A stretch of DNA of 64,000 nt, taken from NCBI GenBank assembly GCA_963678065.2, contig CAXXVZ010000005.1, positions 576,001-640,000 of the forward strand, in the 5' to 3' direction. Below the pieces are notes generated by a model. It was not told where the DNA came from. It worked only from the letters and a program-made list of their open reading frames with translations, and searched no databases. The position numbers and the translations under genes were made by a program. How positions within the stretch are numbered: position 1 is the stretch's first letter; each line of letters begins with the position of its first letter. Origin of the DNA: Treponemataceae bacterium. GTDB lineage: Bacteria; Spirochaetota; Spirochaetia; Treponematales; Rectinemataceae. Of this stretch, positions 29,000 to 38,821 are shown piece after piece.

Positions 29000-29986
29000 T
29001 TACTTGAAGTTCTTGTAGTTGGACCTGGTGACCATCTGGTAGGGGACCCAGACGTACTTTCCGTCGGAGATCTTCCAGCTGGTGGAGGTGACGGGTTTGC
29101 CCGTAGCGAGGGCGTAGGCGAGGTCGAAGGTGGCCTTGCCCTGGTTCTTGGCGTCGTTGAGGACGGTGCCGAGGAGGGTGCCCTGCTCGAGCGCGGCGAG
29201 GGCGGGGGCTGTGGCGTCGACGCCGACGACGGGGAGATACTTGGAGCCGGTGAAGTAGCCTTCCTGGCGGAGGGCTTCGATGGCGCCGAGGGCCATATCG
29301 TCATTGTTGCAGAGCACGACTTCGATCTTGTCGCCGAACTTGGCGTAGAAAGCCTTCATCTTCTCGACAGCTTTGGGGCGGTCCCAGTAGGCGGTGTCTT
29401 CGGCGAGTTTCTCGACCTTGATTCCGGCGGCGGCGATGGCCTTCATGGAGAACTCGGTGCGGAGCTCGGCGTCCTGATGTCCCGGCTCGCCCTTCAGCAT
29501 GATGTACTGGATGACGCCGTCCTTGTTCTTGTCGGCGGCGGGATTGGACTTCCAGTAGTCGACGACGATCTGGCCCTGCATGGTTCCGGACTGCTCGGCC
29601 TTGGCGCCGACGTAGTAGACCTGGTCCCACTTGGCCATGTCTTCGGGCAGGGGCTCGCGGTTGAAGAAGACGACCGGGGTCTTTTTGGCCTTGGCCTTGT
29701 CGATGATGGCGGCCGCAGCGGTGCGGTCGACAGGGTTGATGGCGATGGCGGCCATTTTCTTGGTGAGGAACTGGTCGACCTGGTCATTCTGGGTGGGCTG
29801 GGCGTTCTGGCTGTCCACCATCTCTACCGTCGCCTTGCCTTTGCCGTTCTCGAGAATGGAGTTGCGGACATAGGACATGAAGGTATCGTCGAATTTGTAG
29901 ATCGCCACACCGATCCTGGGTGTCTGGGCGAAGGCCATCGTGCCGCAGCACAGTGCCACAAGAGCCAGGGCAAGGAATCTTTTCAT
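29000..29986 (-). CDS. mglB: Galactose/glucose ABC substrate-binding protein
   Basis: IGVAIYKFDDTFMS, DSQN.Q..QNDQ, FFNREP, KGEPGHQDAELRT, NND.MA.GA, GTVLNDAKNQ. Confidence 0.93.
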   Translation of the reverse strand: MKRFLALALVALCCGTMAFAQTPRIGVAIYKFDDTFMSYVRNSILENGKGKATVEMVDSQNAQPTQNDQVDQFLTKKMAAIAINPVDRTAAAAIIDKAKAKKTPVVFFNREPLPEDMAKWDQVYYVGAKAEQSGTMQGQIVVDYWKSNPAADKNKDGVIQYIMLKGEPGHQDAELRTEFSMKAIAAAGIKVEKLAEDTAYWDRPKAVEKMKAFYAKFGDKIEVVLCNNDDMALGAIEALRQEGYFTGSKYLPVVGVDATAPALAALEQGTLLGTVLNDAKNQGKATFDLAYALATGKPVTSTSWKISDGKYVWVPYQMVTRSNYKNFK

Positions 29987-30044
29987 CAAATCCTCCTGAT
30001 TTTTCCGGCTCGATCGCCGGTTCCGGCTTGATGCCGGTATGCTC

Positions 30045-30099
30045 ATGGTAAGCCCTGTCCTGAAAACGCGATACAGGAAGGTTTTTGCGAGTTACAGGA
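30045..30099 (-). promoter_or_regulatory. Candidate activator-dependent mglB promoter: TACAGGA direct repeats 21 bp apart, -10 TACCAT
   Basis: TACAGGA at 30072-30078 and 30093-30099; minus-strand TACCAT at 30050-30045 with a poor -35. Confidence 0.5.
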
Positions 30100-30190
30100 T
30101 ATTCGCGCAGATGTGGCGTGGCCGCCGGGGAGAGTCTAGCACAAAAACCACCTGAAGGTAAAAAATTTACTATCCCGTAGAGAGCAGGAC

Positions 30191-30230
30191 TCAGTCACTT
30201 CTTCCTGTGCTCGGTCACTTCTTCCTGCGC
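30191..30230. repeat. 20-bp tandem duplication with 2 mismatches at the SBP stop codon
   Basis: TCAGTCACTTCTTCCTGTGC / TCGGTCACTTCTTCCTGCGC. Confidence 0.8.
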
Positions 30231-31351
30231 CCGATCACATTCCGGTACACATCCTCCTCGAGCTGGAAGCCATCCTTGATGACCGTCTCCTTGAGGTTTT
30301 CCGCGCGCACGGACACCGGCTCGAGGATGTACCAGGGAACCCTGTATGTGCCGTCGGAGATGGCCTTGTGCACCGAGACGCGCTCCGAGCGGGCCTGGTA
30401 CATGGCGAGTTCGGCGGCCTTGGCCGCGATTTCACCGATGGGCTTGTAGACGGTCATGTACTGGCTGCCTTCCGCGATCCTCTGGCAGGCCGCGAGGTCG
30501 GCGTCGGCCCCGGCGACGGCCACTCTGCCCGCGAGGCGGTGGACCGACAGGGCCTTGATCGCGGCCTCGGCGAAAAAGTCGTTGGCCGCGATGATGGCGT
30601 CGAGCTGGAGACCCTCGCGGGCGAGACCGTCCGCGAAGGCGTAGGCCTCCTCGCTCCGCAGGCCCTCGGGGTGGAAATCTCCAGCCAGCTTGACCTTGCC
30701 CGCGGAGATGGCGGGTTCCAGGACCTGCATCCATCCTTCCCGTATCATGGCCGAGGTGGGATCGCTCGCGATGCCGTTTATCAGCGCCACGGTTCCGGTT
30801 CCTATCCGGTCGAGGATATCTTGGGCCTGAAGACGGCCGACCTTGCGGTAATCGAAGGAGAGGTAGAGATCGGAGTTGGCGTCACGGACGAGGCGCTCGT
30901 AGCTGAGGACCGGAATGCCTTTCCGCCTCGCCGCGGCGACGGCCTTGCTGAGGTAGACCGTGTCGCTCGCGATGACGACGAGGGAGTCGACCGGCATTTC
31001 CGCCATGGCGGTGATCTGCCGTTCCTGGAGACTTCTGTCTTCGTCCGCGATCTGGATCAGGACTTCGCCCCCGAGTTCCTTCACGGTGGCCGTGAAGATG
31101 TCGCGGTCCTTGGTCCAGCGGTCGGCGACGATGGAGTCGAGGGAGTAGCCGATGAGGGGCCGCGCGCGACTGGGTTTTGGTTTGGGGCTCTCCCGGGTGC
31201 AGGACAGAAGACCGGACAGGGCACAGCCAAGAATGACGAAAAAGACGAAAGGAGCGAGAGAGGAACGGGCACAGGCAGAGGATGGCGGCAGAATCTTTCG
31301 CGCGCGCGTCGCGGCCGCGCGGTTCACCGCGGGGATCGGGAGGAATTTCAT
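30215..31351 (-). CDS. XylF-like sugar-binding protein, possible lipoprotein
   Basis: DRWTKDRDIF, SYERL, SFD..KVG.LQA, AAND, GADADLAACQRI.EG.QYMTVYKPI; LLSC lipobox-like. Confidence 0.85.
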   Translation of the reverse strand: MKFLPIPAVNRAAATRARKILPPSSACARSSLAPFVFFVILGCALSGLLSCTRESPKPKPSRARPLIGYSLDSIVADRWTKDRDIFTATVKELGGEVLIQIADEDRSLQERQITAMAEMPVDSLVVIASDTVYLSKAVAAARRKGIPVLSYERLVRDANSDLYLSFDYRKVGRLQAQDILDRIGTGTVALINGIASDPTSAMIREGWMQVLEPAISAGKVKLAGDFHPEGLRSEEAYAFADGLAREGLQLDAIIAANDFFAEAAIKALSVHRLAGRVAVAGADADLAACQRIAEGSQYMTVYKPIGEIAAKAAELAMYQARSERVSVHKAISDGTYRVPWYILEPVSVRAENLKETVIKDGFQLEEDVYRNVIGRRKK

Positions 31352-32655
31352 TTCGTCTGTCCCCCCTGCCCCGCCGCGTACTCGCTCGGCGTCAGGCCGC
31401 AGACTTTCTTGAACAGCCTGGAAAAATAGTTCGGGTCGGAGTAGCCCGAGCCGGCGGCGATCTCCTTGATGCTGAGAATCCCCTCCGCAAGCTTGCGCCG
31501 CGCGCGCTCCATCCTGATGCCTGTGAGGTATTCGATAAAGGTGGTCCCCACTTCTTCGGAGAAGATCCGGGAGAGGTAGGCGGGGTTTGCGCCCACAGCC
31601 TCAGCCGTCTCCTCGAGGGAGATGGCCCTCGCGTAGTTTTCCCCCACGAATCTGAGGGCGTTTTCCACCACGCGCGGGCGGGTCGGGCGCGGACGGGATG
31701 GAATCCGCTCGGGGAATGCGGACAAGACTGCCGCAGAGTCCGGAGCTCCCGGCCCTGCGCCGCGCCCGCCACCGGTCTCGACGAGCTTCCCTGTGGGGGC
31801 CGATTCGGCGGCCGCGCGGGCCCCCAGCCAGACCCTCCGGGCCTCGATGCCGGTCCGGGCGAGTCCCACTCCGGCGGCGAGACCCTCTCCTCCGGGATCG
31901 GAGAGTATCGACGAGGCGGCAAATAAGGCGGCGGCGGCTCCCTCGGGGCCGGAGACGACGAACAAGACGGGAAAGGCGTTGTCCTCAGGCTGGCCGAAAA
32001 CGCACTCGCTGCGGAAGGAGAGGGCGGACTTGAGTTTTTCGAGGCGCGCGAGCGAGGATTTCCGGAGAGGCGCCGCCTGCAGGCGGGAATCGGGGAAGCG
32101 CTCCTCGTAGGCCACGACGACGAACTGCCTGTTCGCGAGCCCGAGGAGTTCGGCGAGCGAAGAGAGGGCGGCGGGATCGGCATCCTCGGCGATAGCCCTC
32201 GCGACGAAGGATTCCTCGAGGAAGGGCCTCGCGAGTTCGAACTTCTCGCGGAAGGCCATGGTTTCGTCGCGCTGTCCGCGCCTGCGGCGGAGGTTTTCCA
32301 TGGCGGCCCTGATCGTCGACACGAGGAGGTCCTGAGGAGCCGGCTTGACGAGATAGTCGAAGACGCCCAGCTCGAAGGCCTCGCGCGCGACATCGAAGCG
32401 CTCGTAGGCCGTGAGCATGATGGTCGCCACGTCGGTATCCGCCTTGCGGATCTCGCGCAGGGCATCCAGCCCCGTGAGGCCGGGCATTTTCACGTCGAGG
32501 AGGAGGATGTCGGGCTTCGTCGCCGCGACGCCCTCGATGGCTTCCCGCCCCGAGGAGGCCGTCCCCGCTATCGTCAACTCCGGCAGGCGCTTGCGGATGA
32601 CGACCGAGAGCCCCTCTATGACCGGCTTTTCGTCGTCGACGATGAATATTTTCAT
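31348..32655 (-). CDS. Two-component response regulator with AraC HTH (YesN-like)
   Basis: IFIVDDE, LLDVKMPG, DYLVKP receiver; C-terminal YLSRIFS..G..F.EYL..RME.A, NYFSRLFKK. Confidence 0.92.
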   Translation of the reverse strand: MKIFIVDDEKPVIEGLSVVIRKRLPELTIAGTASSGREAIEGVAATKPDILLLDVKMPGLTGLDALREIRKADTDVATIMLTAYERFDVAREAFELGVFDYLVKPAPQDLLVSTIRAAMENLRRRRGQRDETMAFREKFELARPFLEESFVARAIAEDADPAALSSLAELLGLANRQFVVVAYEERFPDSRLQAAPLRKSSLARLEKLKSALSFRSECVFGQPEDNAFPVLFVVSGPEGAAAALFAASSILSDPGGEGLAAGVGLARTGIEARRVWLGARAAAESAPTGKLVETGGGRGAGPGAPDSAAVLSAFPERIPSRPRPTRPRVVENALRFVGENYARAISLEETAEAVGANPAYLSRIFSEEVGTTFIEYLTGIRMERARRKLAEGILSIKEIAAGSGYSDPNYFSRLFKKVCGLTPSEYAAGQGGQTK

Positions 32656-34169
32656 GCCTTCGCTCCCTCCCCGAAGGGTATGGTCATGCGGACGAGGGTC
32701 CCGCCCCGGCTTCCCGCTGCGAGTTCGAGCACATCGCGGCGCCCGGTGAAGAGCCTGAGTCTCTGGATCACATTGACGATACCGACACCTGATTCCGGAG
32801 CACGCCCGCTCTCGGGCCGCACGGCATCGGGCTCGCCCGACTCGGCCGACTCCGCCGCGCTCAGCACAAGGCCTCGCTCCTCGTCGCTCATCCCCACGCC
32901 GTTGTCCTCGATCTCGAGAACGACGGCATCCCCGAGCTTCCGCGCGCAGACCGAGACGAGGGCCCCTCCGGCCATGTCCCGGAAACCGTGTCTGAAGGAA
33001 TTCTCCACGAGGGGCTGGATGATCATCTTGGGCATGGGGAGGAGCCGAGTCCCCTCGTCGATCCGGATATCGCGCTCGAAGAGCTCGGGGAAGCGGATGG
33101 CCATGACGTTCAGGTAGGAATCGAGGCAGGAGAGCTCCTCGCCGAGGGTGACGGGCGCGTCGAAGTTGCGGAAGGAGTAGCGCATGAGGGCCGAGAGGTT
33201 CTCGAGGAAGACGCGGGTCCGGTCGGCGTCCTCGACGACGGAAAGCTGGATGCCCGCGTTGAGGGCGTTGAAGAGGAAATGCGGATTGATGCGCGCCTGC
33301 AGGGACCGCAGCTCGGCGTTCCGGAGGAGGCCGGACATCTCGAGGTTCTTGACGCGCTCCTCCATCAACCTGGACTCGACGCCCGCCTTGTTCCTGATTT
33401 CTTCGATGTACTCGCTGATGCTCACCTTCATCACGTTGAAGGCCTCGGTCATGGTGCCGGCCTCGTCGGAGGACTCTATCGGAATCGGGGCGGAGTCGAA
33501 CTGACCGGAGGCGATTTTCCTCGCTTCGGCCGAGAGGTGGATGATGGGGTCCGTGATCTTGAGCGAGAAGTAGGCGATGAGGGAGGCGTCCAGCACGAGG
33601 GCGGCGAAGATCATCACGACGGTGAGGGTCCTGATCCGGTCGAGATTCACCGCGAGGCTCGAAAAGGTGACGAGGTTGGAGCCAAGGCCGATGAGGCTGG
33701 CCTCGGAAATGCGCTCGCGGAGGAAGCCGACCAGGCGCTCGCTCCTGCGGAAACTGGCCGTGTACTCGCCGATGTTGCGCCCGCGCTTGTAGTCGACGGC
33801 CTTGTCGGAAACGAGAATGAGTTTGCGCAGAAGGACGGAGATGTTGCGCGCGACGAGGGCGTCGGGCCTGTCCGCGATGCCGGTGTCGAGGGAGGCGGCG
33901 TGCCCCGCCAGCTTGCGAGAGTAGGACATGTAGCTCCTGAGGCTGTCCGAGTCCTTCGTGGCGAGGTAGGCGGCGAGGTGATTCTGCGAGCTCTCGATGT
34001 CCGTCGCCACTTCCTTGAAGAAATAGTCGTTCCGGAAGAGGGCGTTTACGCTCCCGATGGCGGAACCGGCCGCGTAGGCCGTGAGGAAGGCTGACAGTCC
34101 GATCAGGGAGAGGGGAAAGAAGAGGGCGATGATCATCTTGGACCGTATCGATCTCGGGCCCGCTCTCAC
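32652..34169 (-). CDS. Sensor histidine kinase (YesM/LytS-type) with HAMP domain
   Basis: Two TM helices, HAMP, LQARINPHFLFNALN, IQPLVENSFRHG, DNGVGM, GVGIVNV. Confidence 0.92.
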   Translation of the reverse strand: MRAGPRSIRSKMIIALFFPLSLIGLSAFLTAYAAGSAIGSVNALFRNDYFFKEVATDIESSQNHLAAYLATKDSDSLRSYMSYSRKLAGHAASLDTGIADRPDALVARNISVLLRKLILVSDKAVDYKRGRNIGEYTASFRRSERLVGFLRERISEASLIGLGSNLVTFSSLAVNLDRIRTLTVVMIFAALVLDASLIAYFSLKITDPIIHLSAEARKIASGQFDSAPIPIESSDEAGTMTEAFNVMKVSISEYIEEIRNKAGVESRLMEERVKNLEMSGLLRNAELRSLQARINPHFLFNALNAGIQLSVVEDADRTRVFLENLSALMRYSFRNFDAPVTLGEELSCLDSYLNVMAIRFPELFERDIRIDEGTRLLPMPKMIIQPLVENSFRHGFRDMAGGALVSVCARKLGDAVVLEIEDNGVGMSDEERGLVLSAAESAESGEPDAVRPESGRAPESGVGIVNVIQRLRLFTGRRDVLELAAGSRGGTLVRMTIPFGEGAKA

Positions 34170-35176
34170 CGCTTCCTCCCCGCGGAAGTCTCATCCCGTA
34201 TGTCCGCGCCCGTGTCGACGAAGGCGCTCGCGACGCCGCCCTTCCTGAGCCTGACGAGGGAGAGCAGGGCCTCCCGGCCGGCCTTGCCGGGATCGCGCGC
34301 CACCGTGGCCGCGACGACGCCGTTCTTGATGTGCTCGACGATGGTCGGATCGTCGTCGAAACCGACGAGGCTGAGGCGCCCCACCCGGTTGAACTCGATG
34401 ACGGCGCGGGCGGCCTCGGCCGTGTCGCGGGCGCTCGTGAACACCATCACGCCGATGTCGGGCCGCATGTCGAGAACTTCCCGGAGAACCTCCTCGCCGG
34501 AGAGCGCGTCGGGCCCCGTCGATCCCACGAAACCGAGACTGGCCGTGCCGGTTCTGGCCAGAGCGGACTGGAAGCCCATGAGGAAGGAGTTGCGGTTCGC
34601 GTCCCTGCCCGCGTAGCGCTGGGAGAAGACCACGGCGACTTTGGAACCCTGCCTGCCCGCGAGGGCCGCGCTCCGCGACGCGGCCGTCCCCGCGAGAGTG
34701 CCGAGCTGGAACTCGTTGCTGCCTACGAAGACCTTGCGCTTCGATCCGGGCAGGTCCGCCTCGAGGGTGACGACGGGCACGCCGACCGCGACTATGGCGT
34801 CGACAGCCCGCGAGAGGGCCGGGTCGTCCGGGACTGAGACGATGACGCCGTCCAGGTCGAGTTCCGCGGCCATTCCGAGGCGGGTGGCGATGTCGGAGAC
34901 CGCGGCCGAGCCGGGGTAGTCGAAGAACTGGATGGCGGCGTTTCCTTCCGATGCGGCCGCGAGGATGGCTTTGCGCGCCTCCGTGAAGTAGGGTTCGCGG
35001 CTGTCGGAGGGGAGGACGGCGCCGAAATGGAAGACGCGGGCCTCGCGCCCCGTGCTCCGGCCTGATTCAGAGGGGATGGAGCCCTGCACCGCGCGCAGAA
35101 GGTAGAGGTCCGCCGCCACTACGCCCCCGAAAAGCAGGGAAAACAAGCTTATCATGACTACAAGGAATCTGCGCAC
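34166..35176 (-). CDS. Membrane-anchored periplasmic sugar-binding protein, probable sensor partner of the kinase
   Basis: N-terminal TM, type-I PBP motifs VPVVTLEAD, FVGSN, VGFDD; GTG 35176 is 6 nt after TTGACT-17-TATCCT. Confidence 0.8.
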   Translation of the reverse strand: MRRFLVVMISLFSLLFGGVVAADLYLLRAVQGSIPSESGRSTGREARVFHFGAVLPSDSREPYFTEARKAILAAASEGNAAIQFFDYPGSAAVSDIATRLGMAAELDLDGVIVSVPDDPALSRAVDAIVAVGVPVVTLEADLPGSKRKVFVGSNEFQLGTLAGTAASRSAALAGRQGSKVAVVFSQRYAGRDANRNSFLMGFQSALARTGTASLGFVGSTGPDALSGEEVLREVLDMRPDIGVMVFTSARDTAEAARAVIEFNRVGRLSLVGFDDDPTIVEHIKNGVVAATVARDPGKAGREALLSLVRLRKGGVASAFVDTGADIRDETSAGRKR

Positions 35177-35352
35177 GCCCTCAGGATACACTCACGGCCG
35201 GGACAAGTCAAAAGACCGCCTTTCGGTCAGATTTCTGCATGAGGCAACACGAAGACCGCCTGAGCGCAGACCTTCCTGAAACGCCCGTATGCCTCTTCCC
35301 ACATATCTTGTCGATGTTGTTTGGCGCAGATTTTTGCGGGACGGGATCCGGA

Positions 35353-35667
35353 TCAGTCCAGCCGGAAAACCTCGACGAGATCGCGCCTTACGGGTGAGCC
35401 GTCGGGATTCGTCTCCATGAGGTCTTCCATGTGCGCCCACCACTTTTTCATGAGCCCGCTGCCGATGAGCGCAGCGGGATGTCCTGAATCGACGCGCTTC
35501 TGCACGGCGAAGAGGTCGAGGCTTTCCTCGTCGAAGAATATCGAGTAATCGTAAATTCCCGCCGCGCCGAAAGCGGCCTTCAGTTCGGGCCAGATGCGGT
35601 CGTGGCGGGCTTTGTATTCTCCGGCGCAGCCAGGCTTCAGTCTCATGACGAAAGCAATTCGTTCCAT
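35353..35667 (-). CDS. rhaM: L-rhamnose mutarotase family protein
   Basis: AFVMRLKPG..EYK.RHD.IWPEL, DYSIF, KWW.HM.DLMETNPD.SP, EVF. Confidence 0.88.
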   Translation of the reverse strand: MERIAFVMRLKPGCAGEYKARHDRIWPELKAAFGAAGIYDYSIFFDEESLDLFAVQKRVDSGHPAALIGSGLMKKWWAHMEDLMETNPDGSPVRRDLVEVFRLD

Positions 35668-35753
35668 CCTGTACCCCTTTCAGCAGCTTTTTCGCAGATT
35701 TTGCGCCCGAGGCGATTCCCGCCCCCGCTCCGGCCCGGTATCCGAAAGCTTTC

Positions 35754-36587
35754 TCAGCCCTTCACCGCCCCGGACGCGATACCCTTGATGAAGTATCTCT
35801 GGAAAAACAGGAACAGGATCACGAAGGGCAGTATCTGCAGGACCATCGCCGCGCTCAGGGGATTCCAGTCCGTGGAGAATTGGTTCATGAATGCCAAGAG
35901 CCCCACGGCGAGAGTCTTTTTCGCGGGCGACAGTATCAGCACGAGAGGGAGGAAGAAATCGCGCCAGATGTACAGGGAAACGAGTATCGAACAGGTCGCG
36001 ACGGGGACGGTGGCGATGGGGAAAATGATTTTGAAATACGAGCGGAAATATCCACAGCCGTCGATGAGGGCCGATTCCTCCAGCTCGCGCGGAATCGTCT
36101 TGAAGAATCCCGCGAATATGATGAGGCTGATCGGGATGTTGATCGCCGAATACACGAGTACCAGGCTGAAAAGCGTATTGAGGATGTGGAGGGCTTTGAG
36201 CGTTCCGAAAAGGGGAATGATTATCAGCTGGGATGGCACGAACATGCCCGTAATGAACAGATAATACGAGAGCCTGACTTCCCTGAAACTGAAGCGGGTG
36301 ATCGCGTAGGCCGCCATCGAGCAACTCAGGATGTTGACCGCGACCACGGACACGAGAATCGCGACAGTGTTCAGTCCGTATTTCAGGAAATTCGATTTCG
36401 CGAATCCGTCGGTATAGTTCGAGAATCTGGGATTGAGCGACACATGAAGAGGGTTCTTCATGAGATCGGCTTCTGAATTGAGCGACACGATCAGGATGTT
36501 CAATAGCGGGAACAGTATGACGATGGAAACGACGATCAGGAACGCGTACGAAAATATCTTCCAGAGTCTGCCGGCGGTATTCATCAT
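35754..36587 (-). CDS. Carbohydrate ABC transporter permease (CUT1, MalG-like)
   Basis: FFKTIPRELEESALIDG EAA motif, FQRYFIKG. Confidence 0.9.
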   Translation of the reverse strand: MMNTAGRLWKIFSYAFLIVVSIVILFPLLNILIVSLNSEADLMKNPLHVSLNPRFSNYTDGFAKSNFLKYGLNTVAILVSVVAVNILSCSMAAYAITRFSFREVRLSYYLFITGMFVPSQLIIIPLFGTLKALHILNTLFSLVLVYSAINIPISLIIFAGFFKTIPRELEESALIDGCGYFRSYFKIIFPIATVPVATCSILVSLYIWRDFFLPLVLILSPAKKTLAVGLLAFMNQFSTDWNPLSAAMVLQILPFVILFLFFQRYFIKGIASGAVKG

Positions 36588-37480
36588 CAGAACTCCACTT
36601 CTCGCGATCTCATGTACTTCAGCTGGATGACGCCTATGACCATGACCACCGCGAACAGAACGGAAGAGAGGGCTGTTCCGTATCCCAGCTGGTTCGCGTT
36701 GAATGCCACATTGTAGATCATGGTCGCGACCGTCTCGGTCGCGTTTCCGGGACCTCCGTTCGTCATGACGTAGACATGCTCGAAGATCGTGATCGAATTG
36801 ACCAGGGTCAGGAAGACGTTGATGGTGAGAGCCGGCGCTATCAGCGGGAAGGTTATCTTCCAGAATCTGGCGCTCCCGCTGGCCCCGTCGATCTGCGCCG
36901 CCTCGTGCAGTTCGATCGGGATGGACTGCATCCCGCCTATAAAGATGATCATCTTGTACCCGGTGAACTGCCAGATGATCGTCCCGATCACGGTCCCCAG
37001 GGCCAGCTTCGGATCGCTCAGGAAGTTGATCTTGTCCATGAAACCGACGGACCTGAAGAGGTAGTGCAGCGACCCGACTGTCGGATTCAGGATGTACATC
37101 CACATGTAGCCGATGACGACGGAACTCAGAATCGAGGGGATGAAAAAGAGGGACTGGAAAAATTTCTTTCCTTTGATCGACCCGTCCAGGAGAACGGCGA
37201 GGAAGAGCGCGAGGGAATTCTGCACGACGACATTGACCAGCGTGATCAGGACCGTGTTCCACACGGAAATGCTGAACACGTTGTCGCGCGCCATGCGCGA
37301 GTAATTCTTGAGTCCGATGAAATTGATCCTGTTCGCGAAGCCGTTCCAGTCTGTGAACGAGTAGGTGAATCCGCTCACCGCCGAAACGAGAATGACGATA
37401 GTGAACAGCGCGAGCGCGGGAAGCAGGAACAGGTAGGCTGTCATCCTCTTGCGGTTTTCCAGTTTGCGGAAGGCCATCAT
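36587..37480 (-). CDS. Carbohydrate ABC transporter permease (CUT1, MalF-like)
   Basis: YSFTDWNG, FIGLKNY, SIPIELHEAAQIDGAS, MTNGGPG. Confidence 0.9.
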   Translation of the reverse strand: MMAFRKLENRKRMTAYLFLLPALALFTIVILVSAVSGFTYSFTDWNGFANRINFIGLKNYSRMARDNVFSISVWNTVLITLVNVVVQNSLALFLAVLLDGSIKGKKFFQSLFFIPSILSSVVIGYMWMYILNPTVGSLHYLFRSVGFMDKINFLSDPKLALGTVIGTIIWQFTGYKMIIFIGGMQSIPIELHEAAQIDGASGSARFWKITFPLIAPALTINVFLTLVNSITIFEHVYVMTNGGPGNATETVATMIYNVAFNANQLGYGTALSSVLFAVVMVIGVIQLKYMRSREVEF

Positions 37481-37503
37481 GTACTCCTGGACTCGTGGGC
37501 TCG

Positions 37504-37529
37504 GGGCCGCGGCCATGCCGCCGCGGCCC
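37504..37529 (-). terminator. GC-rich hairpin after the SBP gene
   Basis: GGGCCGCGGC / GCCGCGGCCC inverted repeat. Confidence 0.45.
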
Positions 37530-37543
37530 ATTTTAATCGGGGA

Positions 37544-38764
37544 TCAGCGGGAAAGGGAATCGTCGGTCTTTTTCTGGAGCTCTTCGACGACCTGCTTCGC
37601 CGATTTGCTGCCCATGAACAGATCCTGGATCGTCTTCCCGAATTCAGTGGCGAGGTATGCGGGTTCCCGGATGAACTGGAATTTCTGGGGATTGTCGTAG
37701 AGCGGTTTGAACTTGGCCGCATCCGGGTGGAAGGAGAAATCCACCGCCTTCGAGGCGGAGAAGGTCCTGTTGCTCACCGACCAGATTCTCTGCCCTTCAG
37801 GAGAAGCCAGCCACTCGAGGAATTTGACCGAGGCCTTGACGTCCTTGCTCTTGGCATTGATGCACAGAAGCGAATTCGACGCAAAATACTCGGTCTTCTG
37901 GGGCTGGCCCGCGTCGTTGACGAATGTGTAGGTGAGGTCCCAGTCGAACTGCGGCTTCATCGTGCCGAAGACGTTGTTCAGCGCGAAGGTGCCGCCGCCG
38001 ATCATCGCCGCGCCGCCCGTGCAGAACACCTTCCAGGCCTGGTCGAAGTTCATGCTGAGGGAATCGGGATGCTGGTATCCCGCCTTGAAGTAGCTTTCCT
38101 TCTTCTGGTACTGCTTCAGCATGATCGGGTCGGTCCACTTGGCCTCCCTCTTGTTGAGCTTGTCGAGCCAGTCGGCATCGTTGTAGAGGACCGTGCTCAG
38201 CTGGTTGAAGCCGCCCGCGTACTTGCCCTGCCAGAGATCGGCCATTCCCTGCACGAGGGCCACGACGCCGTTCTTCTTGAAGGTCTCCGAGGCCTTGAGG
38301 AATTCGTCGTAATTCGTCGGAACCTTGACATTGTACTTCTTGAAAAGTTCCTTGTTGTAGAAGGTGCAGATGACGGTGCTCTCGAGCGGGAAGGCGTAGA
38401 GCCTGTTGTTCCTGCTGTTCAATTTGACCGCGCTTTCGTCGATCGTCTTCACGAAGGGCTCGGAAGTCAGGTCGACGAGGGCGCCCGCGCTGATCTGCTG
38501 GTCGTAGGTCTCGAGATAGTACGGAACGTACAGGTCGGGCAACTCGTTGGCCAGAACACGGGTGTTGAGAACCTTCGCGTAATTGTTGCCGCCCACCTGC
38601 TCGTACACGATGTTCACGTTCGGGTTGACCTTCTTGTACGCCGCGATCACCTCTTTGGGCTCGGGGTACCAGAAAAGCCACGTCAGCTCCGTTTTTGCGC
38701 CCTGGCCGAATACCGGCGACAATGCAAGGAATACCAGTGCGATACCGATTACAAACCGCCTCAT
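37544..38764 (-). CDS. Carbohydrate ABC substrate-binding protein (SBP family 1)
   Basis: Signal peptide; NPNVNI, LPDL, FYNKELFKKY.VKVPTNYDEF, KFLEWLASPEGQ. Confidence 0.9.
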   Translation of the reverse strand: MRRFVIGIALVFLALSPVFGQGAKTELTWLFWYPEPKEVIAAYKKVNPNVNIVYEQVGGNNYAKVLNTRVLANELPDLYVPYYLETYDQQISAGALVDLTSEPFVKTIDESAVKLNSRNNRLYAFPLESTVICTFYNKELFKKYNVKVPTNYDEFLKASETFKKNGVVALVQGMADLWQGKYAGGFNQLSTVLYNDADWLDKLNKREAKWTDPIMLKQYQKKESYFKAGYQHPDSLSMNFDQAWKVFCTGGAAMIGGGTFALNNVFGTMKPQFDWDLTYTFVNDAGQPQKTEYFASNSLLCINAKSKDVKASVKFLEWLASPEGQRIWSVSNRTFSASKAVDFSFHPDAAKFKPLYDNPQKFQFIREPAYLATEFGKTIQDLFMGSKSAKQVVEELQKKTDDSLSR

Positions 38765-38821
38765 AGAAACCTCCTCATAGAATCCGACCGCGCGTGCCGG
38801 TCATTAAACCTTTGAAAAGGG

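Noticed and set aside
31348..34194. Apparent long fusion ORFs in the track (31348-34194, 26293-28707, 20406-22364, 19624-21306, 18914-20506, 44776-46572, 56583-58268, 52339-53844, 35754-37262)
   Set aside because: Their N-terminal parts are Arg/Pro-rich off-frame read-through of the upstream gene; the true starts lie at the overlap with, or just after, the upstream stop
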